Below the pieces are notes generated by a model. That model was not told the DNA's origin. It worked only from the letters and a program-made list of their open reading frames with translations, and ran no database searches. The translations under genes and the position numbers were made by a program. This document shows positions 37,030 through 49,855 of a DNA stretch of 64,000 nucleotides, one piece after another. Source of the stretch: Tubulanus polymorphus (Eukaryota > Animalia > Nemertea); assembly GCF_964204645.1 (NCBI RefSeq), contig NC_134026.1, positions 17,952,150 through 18,016,149 of the forward strand, given 5' to 3'. The first letter of the stretch is position 1, and each line of letters starts with the position of its first letter.

Positions 37030-38345
37030 TATAGAAGCCAATACCATTTTAAGTACGTAGTTGTTAACCGCACGTGACTGTACGGTGATCTCCACAGGTT
37101 AACCGCGTACGTGAGGTCCCTACTAAGTCTATAATGCCATACGTGAGTTCCTAGTAGCCAATACCATTTTAAGTACGAAACTGTAACGCGTACGTGACTG
37201 CACAGGGGCTTGTAAACTGGCTTGGATTTTACTTCCGGGTTGTTGATAATCTCGCGAGAATGGCGCTAAATTTAAACTGCAAATAAATTCAAAATATCAC
37301 AGAAATACCTCGTTGATGTTGTTTATTTATCCACTATAGAGTTTCGATAAACAATTAGCTGTTAAGGATCAGTATCAGCGGGCGCGACGCCTTACTATAT
37401 TAAAATAACAAGGGATGAAACGGCTTCGCTTTTGCCTGTGACCGTATTGATGCGGCGGAAACCACTGCGCATGCGCGGCAACTTTCCGAAAGGTTAAGAT
37501 CGGTTCAAGTTCAATTGATTCTTCTCAAAAACCTATGTCAAGCCAAGGCAATCACACTTCCAAGGAAATTATCAATTTTTGAATTGATGTAGAAAAACTA
37601 TAATGTGTAGTTTGATTGACAGCTCACTAGCGCTCGGAAGTTGCCGCGCATGCGCAGTGGTTTCCGCCGCATCAATACGGTCACAGGCAAAAGCGAAGCC
37701 GTTTCATCCCTTGTTATTTTAATATAGTAAGGTGTCGCGCCCGCTGATACTGATCCTTAACAGCTAATTGTTTATCAAAACTCTATAGTGGATAAATAAA
37801 CAACATCAACAAGAGGTATTTCTGTGATATTTTGAATTTATTTGCAGTTTAAATTTAGCGCCATTCTCGCGAGATTATCAACAACCCGGAAGTAAAATCC
37901 AAGCCAGTTTACAAGCCCCTGTGGTGACTGTACGGTGATATCCACAGGTTAACCGTACGTGAGTTCCCTACTTACGCCGTACGTGAGTTCCTAGTAGCCA
38001 ATACCATTTTAAGTACGAAATTGTAACGCGTATGTGACCGTACGGTGATATCCACAGGTTAACCGTACGTGAGTTCCCTAAAAACGCTGTACGTGAGTTC
38101 CTATAATCTGCAAACGCGCATGCGTAAAAGAATAGAGTTTGGGTTAGGTGAGGCTAGGCTATTTGTAAATCAAATTTCATCCACCCACCAGTTACGTTCT
38201 GTGGCACAGTGGGTAAATCACTGGACTACTACTGGATTTTTTTTTCGTTTGGTTTCGAATCCCAATATTGCAAGTCTGAGCGTCAACGTACTCACATATG
38301 GCTAACCTGTAGATATCACCGTACAGTCACGTACAGGTAACAACA
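37030..38345. repeat. ~120-bp tandem repeats with one inverted copy
   Basis: AGCCAATACCATTTTAAGTACG...GTGACTGTACGGTGAT units at ~37036, 37156 and 37995; inverted copy at ~38285-38340. Confidence 0.7.
37201..37923. mobile_element. Foldback MITE with ~290-bp TIRs and 7-bp TSD (P-like)
   Basis: Arms 37201-37489 and 37634-37923 are near-perfect inverted repeats; CAC...GTG ends; TSD GTGACTG (37194-37200 and 37924-37930). Confidence 0.92.
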
Positions 38346-39403
38346 GCGTTTTAAGTATTAAGTGAGTACGACAAGCCTACCATGCCTATGTACTACAAAC
38401 ACAACTTTTTCCCTCTCGTCGGCCCTACAGTGATGTTACTATAACTGGTGCCATTATAATATGGATAGGATTTGGTCAGGACTAGCCTAAAGTCTAATTC
38501 AGTCTATGTACTAATTCACTCGATAGGCCTATTTTTAAAACAATACAGTGAAATATTCACACGCAGAAAGGCTAATTGATTTGAGCCATGTGATTAAGTT
38601 TGGCCAGGCCTTCTCTGACCTGCTGACATTAATAGTCAAACCAAAACGTTCATGTGGTCACGGCTTGTATTACCAGAAATCATTGTAGGCCTGTACATTT
38701 TGCTGTTCGTAGGTTTGGTATACCGATTTCTCCATTCTTGACTGATAAGTGTACGGTACAGCTGTACGCATTATATAATTGTTCCAATGGGAATAGGGCC
38801 TATTGATTGGGCTTATTATTTCCTGTTATTTCCTGCTTTAGAGTACTGAAATAAACCTAATGTTCATTCAAATATCCAACATCGGTGAAAGTTTGATTAA
38901 TACTGTATACATGTACTGTAGGTTTTCATGTTGTATGAATATTTTGCAGTTCAAATGGGTATGATGCTAAATTCCAATGTCAAACGCATGAAGTTAGATG
39001 GTCAAGGACAGTCAACACCAAGATATCTCTCTTCGACCGATGTTGTACCATAGAAGATCTGATTCTTTCAATTCAAGGAAAGTGATTCAACACGATCGAC
39101 ATAACACTGGAATAGGTTTGCAGTAACTAACGGTTCATTTCATTTAGTCCTATGTACTTTTTAGCCAATTTGGATTTGATTGTAATTGAAACTCTGGAAC
39201 TGTTAACAAAATACAAGTAAGACAAGTTGAAAAAACACAAGTTATGCTTAATTCTCATGTTCAAATTTAATTCAAATTTATTTTATTACATCATATTTAC
39301 AAAGCATATCATTGGTTCATACAGTAATAAAAATTAGGGCAGAACAAATATTATTACAGAAACTCCAAAAAGGCAATGAATTTCTATGACTAAATGAACA
39401 TTA

Positions 39404-39963
39404 TTTTTAGCCCACTTGGGACTTTAGTCCCAGCGGGCTATTGCGTTCACTTTTCGTCCGTCGTCCGTCCATAGACGGAAATCAGTCATTTTAGGAAGTT
39501 TTGAAGACGCTTCAATGTAATGTCTTGATATTTGGGTTTCACATGTATCTACCCTAGACACATCTTCAGCTCAAAAACTGGCCCTGTCAGAATCAAGATG
39601 GCCGACTGGCAGCCATTGTTGTTCGCCAAAATCAACACTTTTTACACATTTTTGAACTTTTTGAAGGAAATTTTGAAGATGCTTTGATCAATTACCTTGA
39701 TCTTTCCGATATATGTGAATGCCCCTGGGCCCATCAGCATAACAAAAATTGGGATACGGACTCAAGATGGCCGTCCTATGACCTTTTTTAGTGCCCAAAA
39801 ATGTCAATTTTGGCCCGAATTCTGAGTTTGCCATTTCTCATTGCAATTTGTGATGGGTATTCTTTGAAAAGGGATGTTTTATACCTTTGATACCTGAATT
39901 GTTACATTGTTGAGCATTTGGAACCACTTCCCAAGTGGGCATGGTGTCCCTGGACCCCTAGTT
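39404..39963 (+). mobile_element. Complete DINE-1/HINE-like element nested in the family-A element
   Basis: 5' subTIR GCCCACTTGGGA with adjacent partial IR; GTCC microsatellite; two internal repeats (TCAAGATGGCCG); 3' TCCCAAGTGGGC (39929-39940) and terminal stem-loop. Confidence 0.88.
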
Positions 39964-42900
39964 CTAATAACTCAGATCAAGAGTGACTCTCCCGTTTATT
40001 AGGAAATACATGCAACTAGTGGAATAGATTTGATTTACACACATGTTGCAGGTATCAATTGTTTATCACTGTAGAATTTGTAATCCATAAAAGCCAAAAT
40101 CAACATCAGCCGGAAACCCAGACCAAATAAATTCATAATTTATTGATTGAATCTACACTACAATATATGTGTTTATTCAAATATTTCAATAAAAACATTA
40201 ACTTCTTAAATCTAATCTATTCTAAATCATAATACGTTCTTATCTGTGAATTCACTCAATCTATCGGCTCAGCAGGTGCTTAAGATGAGTTCTTAATAGG
40301 ACAGATCCATTTTTAAGGATGGTGATAATGCAGTATCATGATGTTTGAATGCCAAAATAAGTGCCTGGTCAAATATATTAATATTTGTGATTGTACATCC
40401 GCGTATGTTCGGTTTCATAGCTGAAAGGTTCGAATCTGTCAATGCATTTTATTCTATGTATCGATATTTCAATTTACTACAATTCCCATCATTCTGAATG
40501 GCTTTACAGAAAACCCGTCATCGCTGCTTTGCAGCTATATTTATCAATTAAGATTTTGACAGATCGACATCAGGTGAGTCAACGTTTCATCTCCCACCGT
40601 TTCCACCAACGGTCATGTTGCAGACATGTGGTGACACTGTGTCAGCCTTTCCGTTAATGTCGTAGCACGACATTTCCACACCAGTGCAATAACCTTAACA
40701 CCCATGCACCCATACTTGCTCAGGCATGGGTTTGGTTCAACGAAACATTGTGTAGCGTCTGGTATCGGTATGGCAACTCGTGCTGGTACTACCAGTTTGC
40801 AAAATGAAGTGATCGAAAAATCTTTACCAGCACAAACCGGTACCTTTCGCAAAATGTCTGGTTGGGGTTTTCATAAACTAATTGGGACTGACTCATGGAA
40901 CTCTACAGGGCCCTCACCACATTCAAGACTGCACGATTTGATTCCAAAACGATCGAATATAATGTCCAAATATTGAATGATATGAACAGGAATTTATTAA
41001 CGCCCAGTGTGAGCCTAGGTGGGTGAATGGCTCCATGAGACAGGTGTCTATCTCTATTTTATTGAACTCTGAAATTAAAACAGATTTCTCATAGGCAAAA
41101 CCCTTGGCAAACATACCCCAGTTTTCAAGGTGAGCCACTTTGGCCATGGGCTATCTATTAACAATAACACAGGGTTGTGGAGAATATACGTAATAACATA
41201 CCTTCATTCTATACTCTGTCAACTTTATTTGCTCATGTAAATGCATAACTTTAACGCAGAGACGCATCAAACTTGGACAACATCGAACCATAGACGCAAT
41301 TTTCTACAAATATAGAAACACAAATATCAATCTTCTATCAAACCAATAATCTCTAAATAAACTATGATTGTCTTAACATATATAATGTTTCGAAACTGTT
41401 ATAGTAGATGCCTAAATATCCTGAATATCTCTTAACCCTGAATATCTCTTAAAAGAACAAATCTATTGAAATTCAATTTACTATAATTGCATCAACTTAA
41501 AACAAATTAAACATTACTCACAAATCGTTGAGCTACACCTAGAATGTTATCTCCAACATTTAACTTGATATTGATACTACACATCTTTGTTACACCATCT
41601 TGTGCAAAAATCCACGTCAGCACAAAAAGTAAACTATGACAATTGAAAATAAACTAAACTAGCTAGCACAACTGAGTCGTTCCGGGAACGACTTTTTTTA
41701 ATAGCACAATAATTTGAAATCAGTTTTAAACCTATGAAAGGTTGAACTATGTATGGATGCCACGTTTTAACATTGGTACAGTCATCAGTAACTATACTGA
41801 TCACAGCGTTTGTTTAGCCTCTTCTTGTGCATTACTGCTTTATGTAACACACTTCCTGATGGTATTGGCAACGTTTGTGCGTGGGGAAAAATGAACTCAA
41901 ATTACAACGAACACTAGAAATAGAATACAATATTTAATGTTTATTAAGACATGATAATTGATTATATAGCAATGATATATTACTGAACCAAAACTAACCC
42001 AAACCAAATTTCACCCAAGTTATACCAATTCCAATCCTATTATGAACCAAATACCAACTCAAAAATTAACCCAACTAGTTACAAAATATTAATTTTTATT
42101 GATGCATTATTTTCTGAATAATTTTATCTTAGAACAAATAAAATTTTGCATACTTGATACTCAACCGTGTCCAAATAGCAAATCGTGCTGTCAAACTCCA
42201 ATACGTTTTTTCTCGAATAATTTAGCAAACATCAAAGTTCTGTTATAAGCACCAACGCCAGAAAAATACACGAAAATTCGACAAACGAATAGTCTCTTGG
42301 TAGACGACGAATCACAACGATCACGAATCAGCCTACAGTTAATCAGAAATCGTATCTAACGTAATTATTTCTCCGCAACTATGACGATGAATGCGAAATT
42401 CCAATCACTTTTCCGAGCGGAATAAAATCTATAGAAATGGTACTATCTACACGAACATCGTGGAACGGTACGACGCAAAATCGAAGTTTAAATCTTCTTA
42501 TGAAACTGTTAGTATTATACAGTTGCGTCAAAGAAAAAGTTGCTATGCAATTCTGCTATGCAATTCAACTAGTAATTCAACGAGCAATTACTTCTCTACT
42601 TTATAATGATAAAAGTACCATATCCAACAATCCAACTTCACGACTGTGAATAAAGATCTGTTTAATAATCCATGACAGATCAAATTAAACTCGAAAAACA
42701 GCTATTAAATAACTATTAATCCTTTGAAAGGAAAAAAACTAAAAGCAAGGGAGCTGTTGGGCAACCCCTGGTGCTGTCTAAAAAATTCCAAATAAACTCT
42801 GGCTCACCCACCCCAACAGGATGTCACATGCCCTTGAAATTTGGAGCAATGTAGGTAGTACTCAGAAAGAGAGTAAAATAGTTCATGCTCAAGATGTTGA

Positions 42901-44396
42901 AATACATCTATACTATAAAGCAGAACGGACGCATTGTTTGGAAATTAATGCATGTATTGAAACGTCCTTTTACTGATGCTTTGAACCTGTTTTTCCCGTC
43001 GTCAAGTTGCATGTTTTAAACAGATTGGTGGTCCGAGGGAGTCACAAATTCATTTTAGAGCCGGGCTGAAATTCGGTTAAAAAAGATCTGTTCGCCATCT
43101 AACAGTGAAGTACCGTACTACACTTCTGTAGGAATACTTTAGTAATGTACTGACCGACATATGAGACACAACGCAGCATCATAACAGTATATGACACAGT
43201 TCTCTTAACGCCTCAGTTGTGGATTTAGGGTGTTTAAAACATTGGTTAAGACATTCATTCACATAATCTTCGGATCAAAATTAATATGAATGAATTAGCG
43301 ATATGTTCTGGCCGTGTTGCCCGCCCATATGCAGCGTCTCAGAATGGTTCTTAGAGGGGGGACAGGCCCATTGCGTAGTTATAGAATGGTTCCATACCAC
43401 AGACAGGTTACTGGCAAATAGGGAGGCCCAAACGCAGCCTCTCGGAATGGCTCTGGGGGCTGCGGATGCGTGCGTTGATGGTAAATTTTATAAAAGAGTG
43501 TTCAAATAGTACATACAGTTTTTGGGGAGGGGTAACAAATAATGTACCGGTAGTAACTTTGTACGGGGACGGGGGTCAAAATGTATCAAAATGTACATAG
43601 TTTTCTGACAGGCACTCTCTTGCAAAATGTATGTATATACGAGAGATATAAAAAAAAAATGTCAAACAGTGATACAAAATACAGAATCCTAATATCATCG
43701 TCGAGCGACTACCTTGGTATTTTTCAATTAATGGCAGTCCCACAAGTTAAGCATGATATCATGCAATTCGTTGGTTGATTGGAAGGGCATTTTAAATGAA
43801 CGTACGGGTGGTGTGGTCAATATAGTAAGTGCTCGAACAAGAAAGAGGGGGCCTAAAAACCGCTGGAGCCGAGAATTTACGGTTAGTTATTTGACCAAAT
43901 GGTTTTGTACCACAGACAGGTCAGACAGGGTAGGAGAGGTGTGGGGTTGGTTCCAAGAACTCATTTTGAAGCATTTAGGTTCAGTTCCCGCCAATGAGAA
44001 TGAATGTATTTCATAAGCAAAATGCAGGATGCAGGATTTATGCGCCGAGTTGGTGTGCTCACGACCAATACACACATGCGCTCAACGACAAAGACGGGTA
44101 TTCAGCTTGTATTAAATATACTACCAAGTGTAGATTTTTGTGATGAAAAGTAACTAATTGGTAAGTCTTAGAAATCTATAAAAATCATTAATACCAAGAA
44201 TTAATGAAATGTACTGAAACAACAATATAGTACGATGCCTAAAGAGGATAATCAGCTGATACTGCAAAGCTGCATCCCAACCGTCGGATTCCCAGAATAC
44301 GGCAATAACTGGCCCAAAAAGAGAACAACAGTTTCCCACCCAAGATTATGAATACAAGGTTAGATACAAATCCCCGGAAAATATCCTAGTAGTTTT

Positions 44397-45950
44397 CTAA
44401 AATTTTAAGAGGCATGGTAGGATTGAGTTGGGGCGATAATTTGTGAAACTTGCCTTACCCCCAGTTTTATAAATTGGACAAACCTGAGCAATTCTGAGAG
44501 CACTAGGAAAAACGCCAGATACCAAACTAAGATAAAAGATGTATACTAAGGGATTAGAGATAAGATGGATGACCTCCTTTGATATTTTCTGACTAACATT
44601 ATCGACTCCAGAATTATTCTTTGATTTAAAAAGTTTAACAATATTTTCTATTTCTAATTTAGTCACTGGAGCAAGGAAAAATTGTGTCTTCAACTCTGTT
44701 TATTAGATAACTCTTGTAATCTTTGTTTCTGGAATTTTATCAGCTAGTTTTGGACCGATAAAAAAGTCATTAAAATTATTAGCTATATCGAGGGGTCGGT
44801 AATGAATTGATCATTATGTCTGAACTTTTCAGGAAAATCTGACGCTTTTCTTTTATGTAATATAGAATTGATTAATCCCCAGGTCTGCTTGGAATTAGTC
44901 CCTATAGTTTCAAACTTTTGCATGTAAAAATCTTTTTTAGCCACACATATACATTTTGTGAAAACAGTTTCTGTATTTACTAAACACTGATTTTGATTCA
45001 GCTGACCTCTTCTTAAGATACTCTGTATAGAGCTTCTCCTCATGTTTCAGTGAAATTAATAGACCTCTTGTCATCCAAGGGTTTAGCTTATCTTTTAATC
45101 GAATCCATTTCCTTTGTGGTAATGGGAATGAGTTGTCATAGTATTTAGTAAATAAGGTAATAGATGTTTTGTACGCCAGTTCGGCATTGGTGCTATTATA
45201 TACATCATTCCATTTTTCGGCCATTTAATACTTTTTGAAATCCGCATGTTGCGTTCATCAACTTGTCTATAATTTACATGATGTGGAGTTTTTTTTGAGT
45301 TGGACTTAGTCATTACTATGCCCGATTTGATGTAATACTCTTCATTACAACTTGTGAAAATTATATCTAGAAGAGACTCCGATTTATCAGTAATGCGTGT
45401 AGGTTTGTTAATTAAAGGGGCAAAGGAATTGCAACTCAAGGTTTCAACAAAATTTGCCGTTTGAAGGTTGCGATCCTCATTAAGTATGTTGATATTGAAA
45501 TCTCCCATAAGAAAAGCCTTAGAATGACAAGATATCTTATCAAATATTTTCGAGAAATCACTAATAACTTCACTGACCTTGAGTTGAGAGGTCTGTAAAA
45601 TATACCAATAAGAATCTTTTCCGGAAAGCTCCTTAGATTAATTTCAATGAACATAAATTCAACTGAATTGATAATGGGTATATCGAGGTCAGTCCTATAA
45701 TTCTGTAATTTATAGAATTTTTACATAAAAGGCTATTCCACCACCTCTAGAGTGATCTCTGCATTTGAAAATTGAATTATATCCTGGAATTGGCTAAAAG
45801 GTCTATTATCCATGCTTGTTCTCGCCCAAGTCTCTGTGACGCCTATGACGTCAAATTTACATGCAGTAGAATCTAAAGTTAAAAGTAGATTATCAAAATT
45901 TTTGTTCAGACTCCTGAAGTTTACATGAAAAAGGCCAAAACTGGAGTACT
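44397..45950 (-). pseudogene. LINE ORF2 apurinic endonuclease and linker
   Basis: ORF pieces 45436-45654, 45095-45508, 44937-45224, 44783-45043 and 44397-44693. Confidence 0.85.
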
Positions 45951-46299
45951 AAGTCGTTACTGTTATAATATAACAGTCACGCTGTATGCTGTTAAATTCC
46001 ATCATATTAGCAAGCAGAAGGAATTATAATGTCCCATTGATATAACGTTACATGAACACAGTGTATAAATAATGACAAAGTGTGGCAAGTATATATAAAA
46101 TTAAGATGAAAAGCGAGCATGCCGAGGTAAACCTATAACAGATTATGTAATCCGCGCGTAGTCATCGTCACTGGAGCAGAGAGAATTATAGAATTACAGA
46201 CATGACTTTACATTAATAAGTAAACAAAAGTAGAAATAAGCACAGTACAGTAAATTTGAAAATTACTTAACTGTTTTTATATTAGAATTCATAAAGTTT

Positions 46300-47240
46300 A
46301 ATTGGCAGTTTCTTACCGTCTTTGTTAAGAGCATAAATTTTGCCATTGATCGTCCACATTTTGAGGAAATCCCTCTTTCTTCTAACAGTAGCCATAAAAG
46401 TGACAATTTCAGGCAACAAATCTTCTTTCACGAATATTCTTTTCCCTTTCAAGTGTTTTTTATTGAAAAATATCCTGTTACGAACATGGTGGTCTTTGAA
46501 GCGAACAATTATTGGATTCGGGAGGTACTCTCCATCCTCGTCGACGCTGGGTACTTTTGGCTTTATCCTTTGACAAACGGATATCGTTCAGCATAAGGTT
46601 ATCAAAAATTTCTTCTGGCATATTTGATTTTAGATTATCGATAACGATTTGCGCACAGTTTTCTACGGCCTGTTCCTTTATTCCGAAAACACGAATATTA
46701 TTACGGCGGGAATATTGTTCATTTTCAACTGTTTTCCGCTTGATAGATATAAGGTCCTGTTTCAAACATTTTAACTCAAGTTTTTGCTCGTCAACTTTCA
46801 AATTAAGATCTTTTAGTTCTTTCTTTAGATTATCATTTTCCCGTTCGAGATCGTTAAGGCAGCATTCATATCGTTCTAGTGTTTTTTCTACGCGTTGGTA
46901 ATGCGATTCTAATTTTCGGTCCATAGTCTCCTCCAGAGAGAGCTTAAATTTTTCAAGACTCGTTTGTTACCATGGACTTTTGAATCATAACTAGAGTTTC
47001 AAGAATAGCAGAGGAGGAGGCACTTTTTGGATAATCAGTGTAAACAAAATTGCTGTCATTATCCGTGTTTACAATAGCATCGACATTCGTATTGTTAATT
47101 GAGGTATCGCCATCAGAGGATGATACAGGAGCCTGTTTGCGTTTTTTCTTTTGCGGGCGTTTAGCAGATTTGTCAGCAGATAGGGAAGCAGACGGGGCGG
47201 TTTCATCAGTTTTGTCCGTAGCATCAATACTTCCATAATC
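46300..47240 (-). pseudogene. LINE ORF1 (coiled coil plus RRM-like)
   Basis: ORF pieces 46953-47282 and 46478-46924; IFVKEDL and KMWTINGKIY downstream. Confidence 0.8.
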
Positions 47241-47921
47241 CATAAAAAAACTCGTTTTCAGTTGATTTATTTGCAAGGTCACGACCCTGTGGTTTATCTT
47301 GCTCTGTTGTACTTTGATCAGCCATGGTTGTTAAGATCACAGATTATCGTCGGATTACGCTGTAGAGATTGTAGAGTGACAAGCGTGAGTACAGTTTTAT
47401 TCAGATAGATTTGACACCACCGTATACGCGTAGAAACATTATAGTGACCTTGGAATTGCAGGTAGAAATTCGAGACGATTCACAATTTATGATTTACGAA
47501 AGTTTAAACAATTCCTCTTAATCTTATCCCAGATTTTTCTTTATTTCTCTTATAACATTTCAATATCCGGAGTTACTACGAGAAACTCAATTTCAGCAAA
47601 AAAGACAACTTTGTAACTGCCATTCATAATCACTGTGCTGTCTACTTCAACTTAATCAGTTAATTCGACATACCCTAATTGATCATGGTGATCTATCCAG
47701 CCGGCGAACTGAAATTTGTGATGATCAGTATAGCGTATATCCAAGATTTTACACAGCCATGATGGTAGAAAGCTATATTATTCCCAGAGCTCGTTAGAAC
47801 GTGAACTGGCTACGTCGGGCATGTTTTTTTATCGTGACACAATTTCAGGTTGGCAATCATTTTGAGATCTGCTATTGACCAGAATGAAGCAATTTTGATT
47901 TTGACCGTGATCCTGGTCCAC

Positions 47922-48387
47922 AGCCAAGAATTCCATATCCACCACAACTGGCGAATAGAAAGATAGTGATGTTGAGTACAAATAAACATAATTAATGTAT
48001 TTTAGGATTCTAGGACAACTGCCCCCCGGACAATTGCCCCCAGGCAATTGCCCCCTAGGAATAATTTGTATATAATTGAATATAGATATAGATTTATAAG
48101 ATATAGAATATTACTGATGTTGTGTGCAGATCAAAAACTTTAACTCAGTCCTTGAGCCAAGAATTCCATATCCACCACAACTGGCGAATAGAAAGATAGT
48201 GATGTTGAGTACAAATAAACATAATTAATGTATTTTAGGATTCTAGGACAACTGCCCCCCGGACAATTGCCCCCAGGCAATTGCCCCCTAGGAATAATTT
48301 GTATATAATTGAATATAGATATAGATTTATAAGATATAGAATATTACTGATGTTGTGTGCAGATCAAAAACTTTAACTCAGTCCTTG
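47922..48387. repeat. Direct tandem duplication of 233 bp
   Basis: 47922-48154 and 48155-48387 appear identical; contains GGACAAYTGCCCCC motifs. Confidence 0.92.
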
Positions 48388-49612
48388 AAATAGGGCAGAA
48401 ACCCTATTGGATTCCTGCTGATTATTATTTTAACATATTTTCCACTGAGTTTCGTCACAAAAAAATCATCTATTAGATTTGACTACTAACAACTTTGAAA
48501 CGAAATGTTAAACTCTGATAATAATATAACAGTCTCTTGCTGCGCGTAGTTTCTATGGAGGCACTGTGCTTCCTATTTTAAACTTGAAGTTACTTAAAGA
48601 TAACACCGGTGGAAATAGCAATCATCAATCATGGCGCGCGCACTGGCGCGAATCTGAAAGTTTGTGACGTCATTTCATAAATAAATAAAGAAGGAAGGTT
48701 CCGAGAATATCCAAATCACAGGTTACTGTGAATAACTGGGGTTCGACCATTCACAAGTTAAAAATGTACTACTTCCTTGTTTGTGGGGTAAGTTTATTCA
48801 TACTGTTATTAAAAGCAGTTCCTTTTAAACATTCTATAATAGTATAGTTTTGTTCGTGGATATCAATACTTCGAAAAATCAACAGCGGTTTATTTATTTA
48901 ATGTACCGGTACGCATTTTCTTAATTGAATTGAATTGGTCCGGTCCAAAAGGCGGGTCATACTAGTTAGCGTCAGAAAATGTCAGCGTCGGTGATATCTT
49001 GTTATCGTCGATATTAAACGGTCTAAAGTCAGTTTATACATCACATACATTACAAATTGGAGGTCCCTTGTACATGTACATCACATCGTGACGCAGCGGC
49101 GATGGTAATGTCATAGAAGAACAAAGTCAGTTGAAAATACCTACCCACTGCACCGATAAAGAATGATAGCAAGCCAGAGGTCAGTGACAGACAGTCAGTA
49201 ATGGGGAGTGATGGTACCGTTCGTGATTATGTTTTTATAATGATTATTGGACGTCAATTTCATATGTGAATTGTAGTCCCCATCTGATCGCTTGACTTGT
49301 CAGATTGACTTGTCACTCCTCTACTAATAGTAACACTATAAGGCCTTCCCTCCTGCATAGTTTACCCTATAGGCCAAATTTGTGCTTTGGGCCAAATTAG
49401 GTTTTCTTATGTAGTCGACATTTTTCGGAACCAATAATAACCGAATATGCGCTTAAACTGTCACTAGCGAATGGTAAAAACACCGTAGCTTCGTTCTTCT
49501 CGATGTTATTTCCCCCAAAACCTGGCACATTAGTACTTTGCTCGTAGTAGCACATGCGCGTAGTAGCACATGTGGGTTAACATATCCATGTTGCGAGTTG
49601 ACCCCTAGGTGG

Positions 49613-49818
49613 TGTCACGCAGTACTAGCGTGTATTATGTAACGTGTTATATTTCACCGATCACAGTTTCACGGGTGATCAACCATGTATATCATTGTGT
49701 ATATAAACCTTTTCCTGCAATAAAGTGGGTTTTCAGTTTTTCGTTTGTACCTAGCTGTGTTGGAGTTATTTTTCTGCCTTTGGAGGATCTACAGTCCCAG
49801 GTCATTTTCCGTATGACA
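49613..49818 (+). repeat. 5' LTR of intact BEL/Pao element
   Basis: Direct repeat of 55483-55688; starts TGTCA, ends TGACA; contains TATAAA and AATAAA. Confidence 0.96.
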
Positions 49819-49821
49819 TTT

Positions 49822-49837
49822 TGGTCCCTCGAGCCGA
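49822..49837 (+). promoter_or_regulatory. Primer-binding site, probably tRNA-Tyr
   Basis: TGGTCCCTCGAGCCG 3 nt after the LTR, close to the complement of the tRNA-Tyr 3' end (TGGTCCTTCGAGCCGG). Confidence 0.75.
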
Positions 49838-49855
49838 GGAAATAGAAACAGCAAG

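Larger units (their letters stand above)
36219..40542 (+). mobile_element. Helentron-type non-autonomous element (family A, second member)
   Basis: Same 5' hairpin and (ATT)n; first ~250 bp homologous to 23754-24000; 3' CAGAAAACCC (40507-40516) and GCTGC-TTT-GCAGC. Confidence 0.82.
44397..47340 (-). mobile_element. 3'-truncated CR1/L2-group LINE (ORF1 plus APE and start of RT)
   Basis: ORF1 coiled coil and EQYSRRNNIRVFGI; ORF2 HVNFRSL, GVTETW, GDFNI, PTRIT, PWMT, NYRPNSILP; many frameshifts. Confidence 0.88.

Noticed and set aside
37201-37240. RSS-like heptamer suggesting a RAG/Transib transposon
   Set aside because: 7-bp rather than 5-bp TSD, no nonamer, no RAG core in the window
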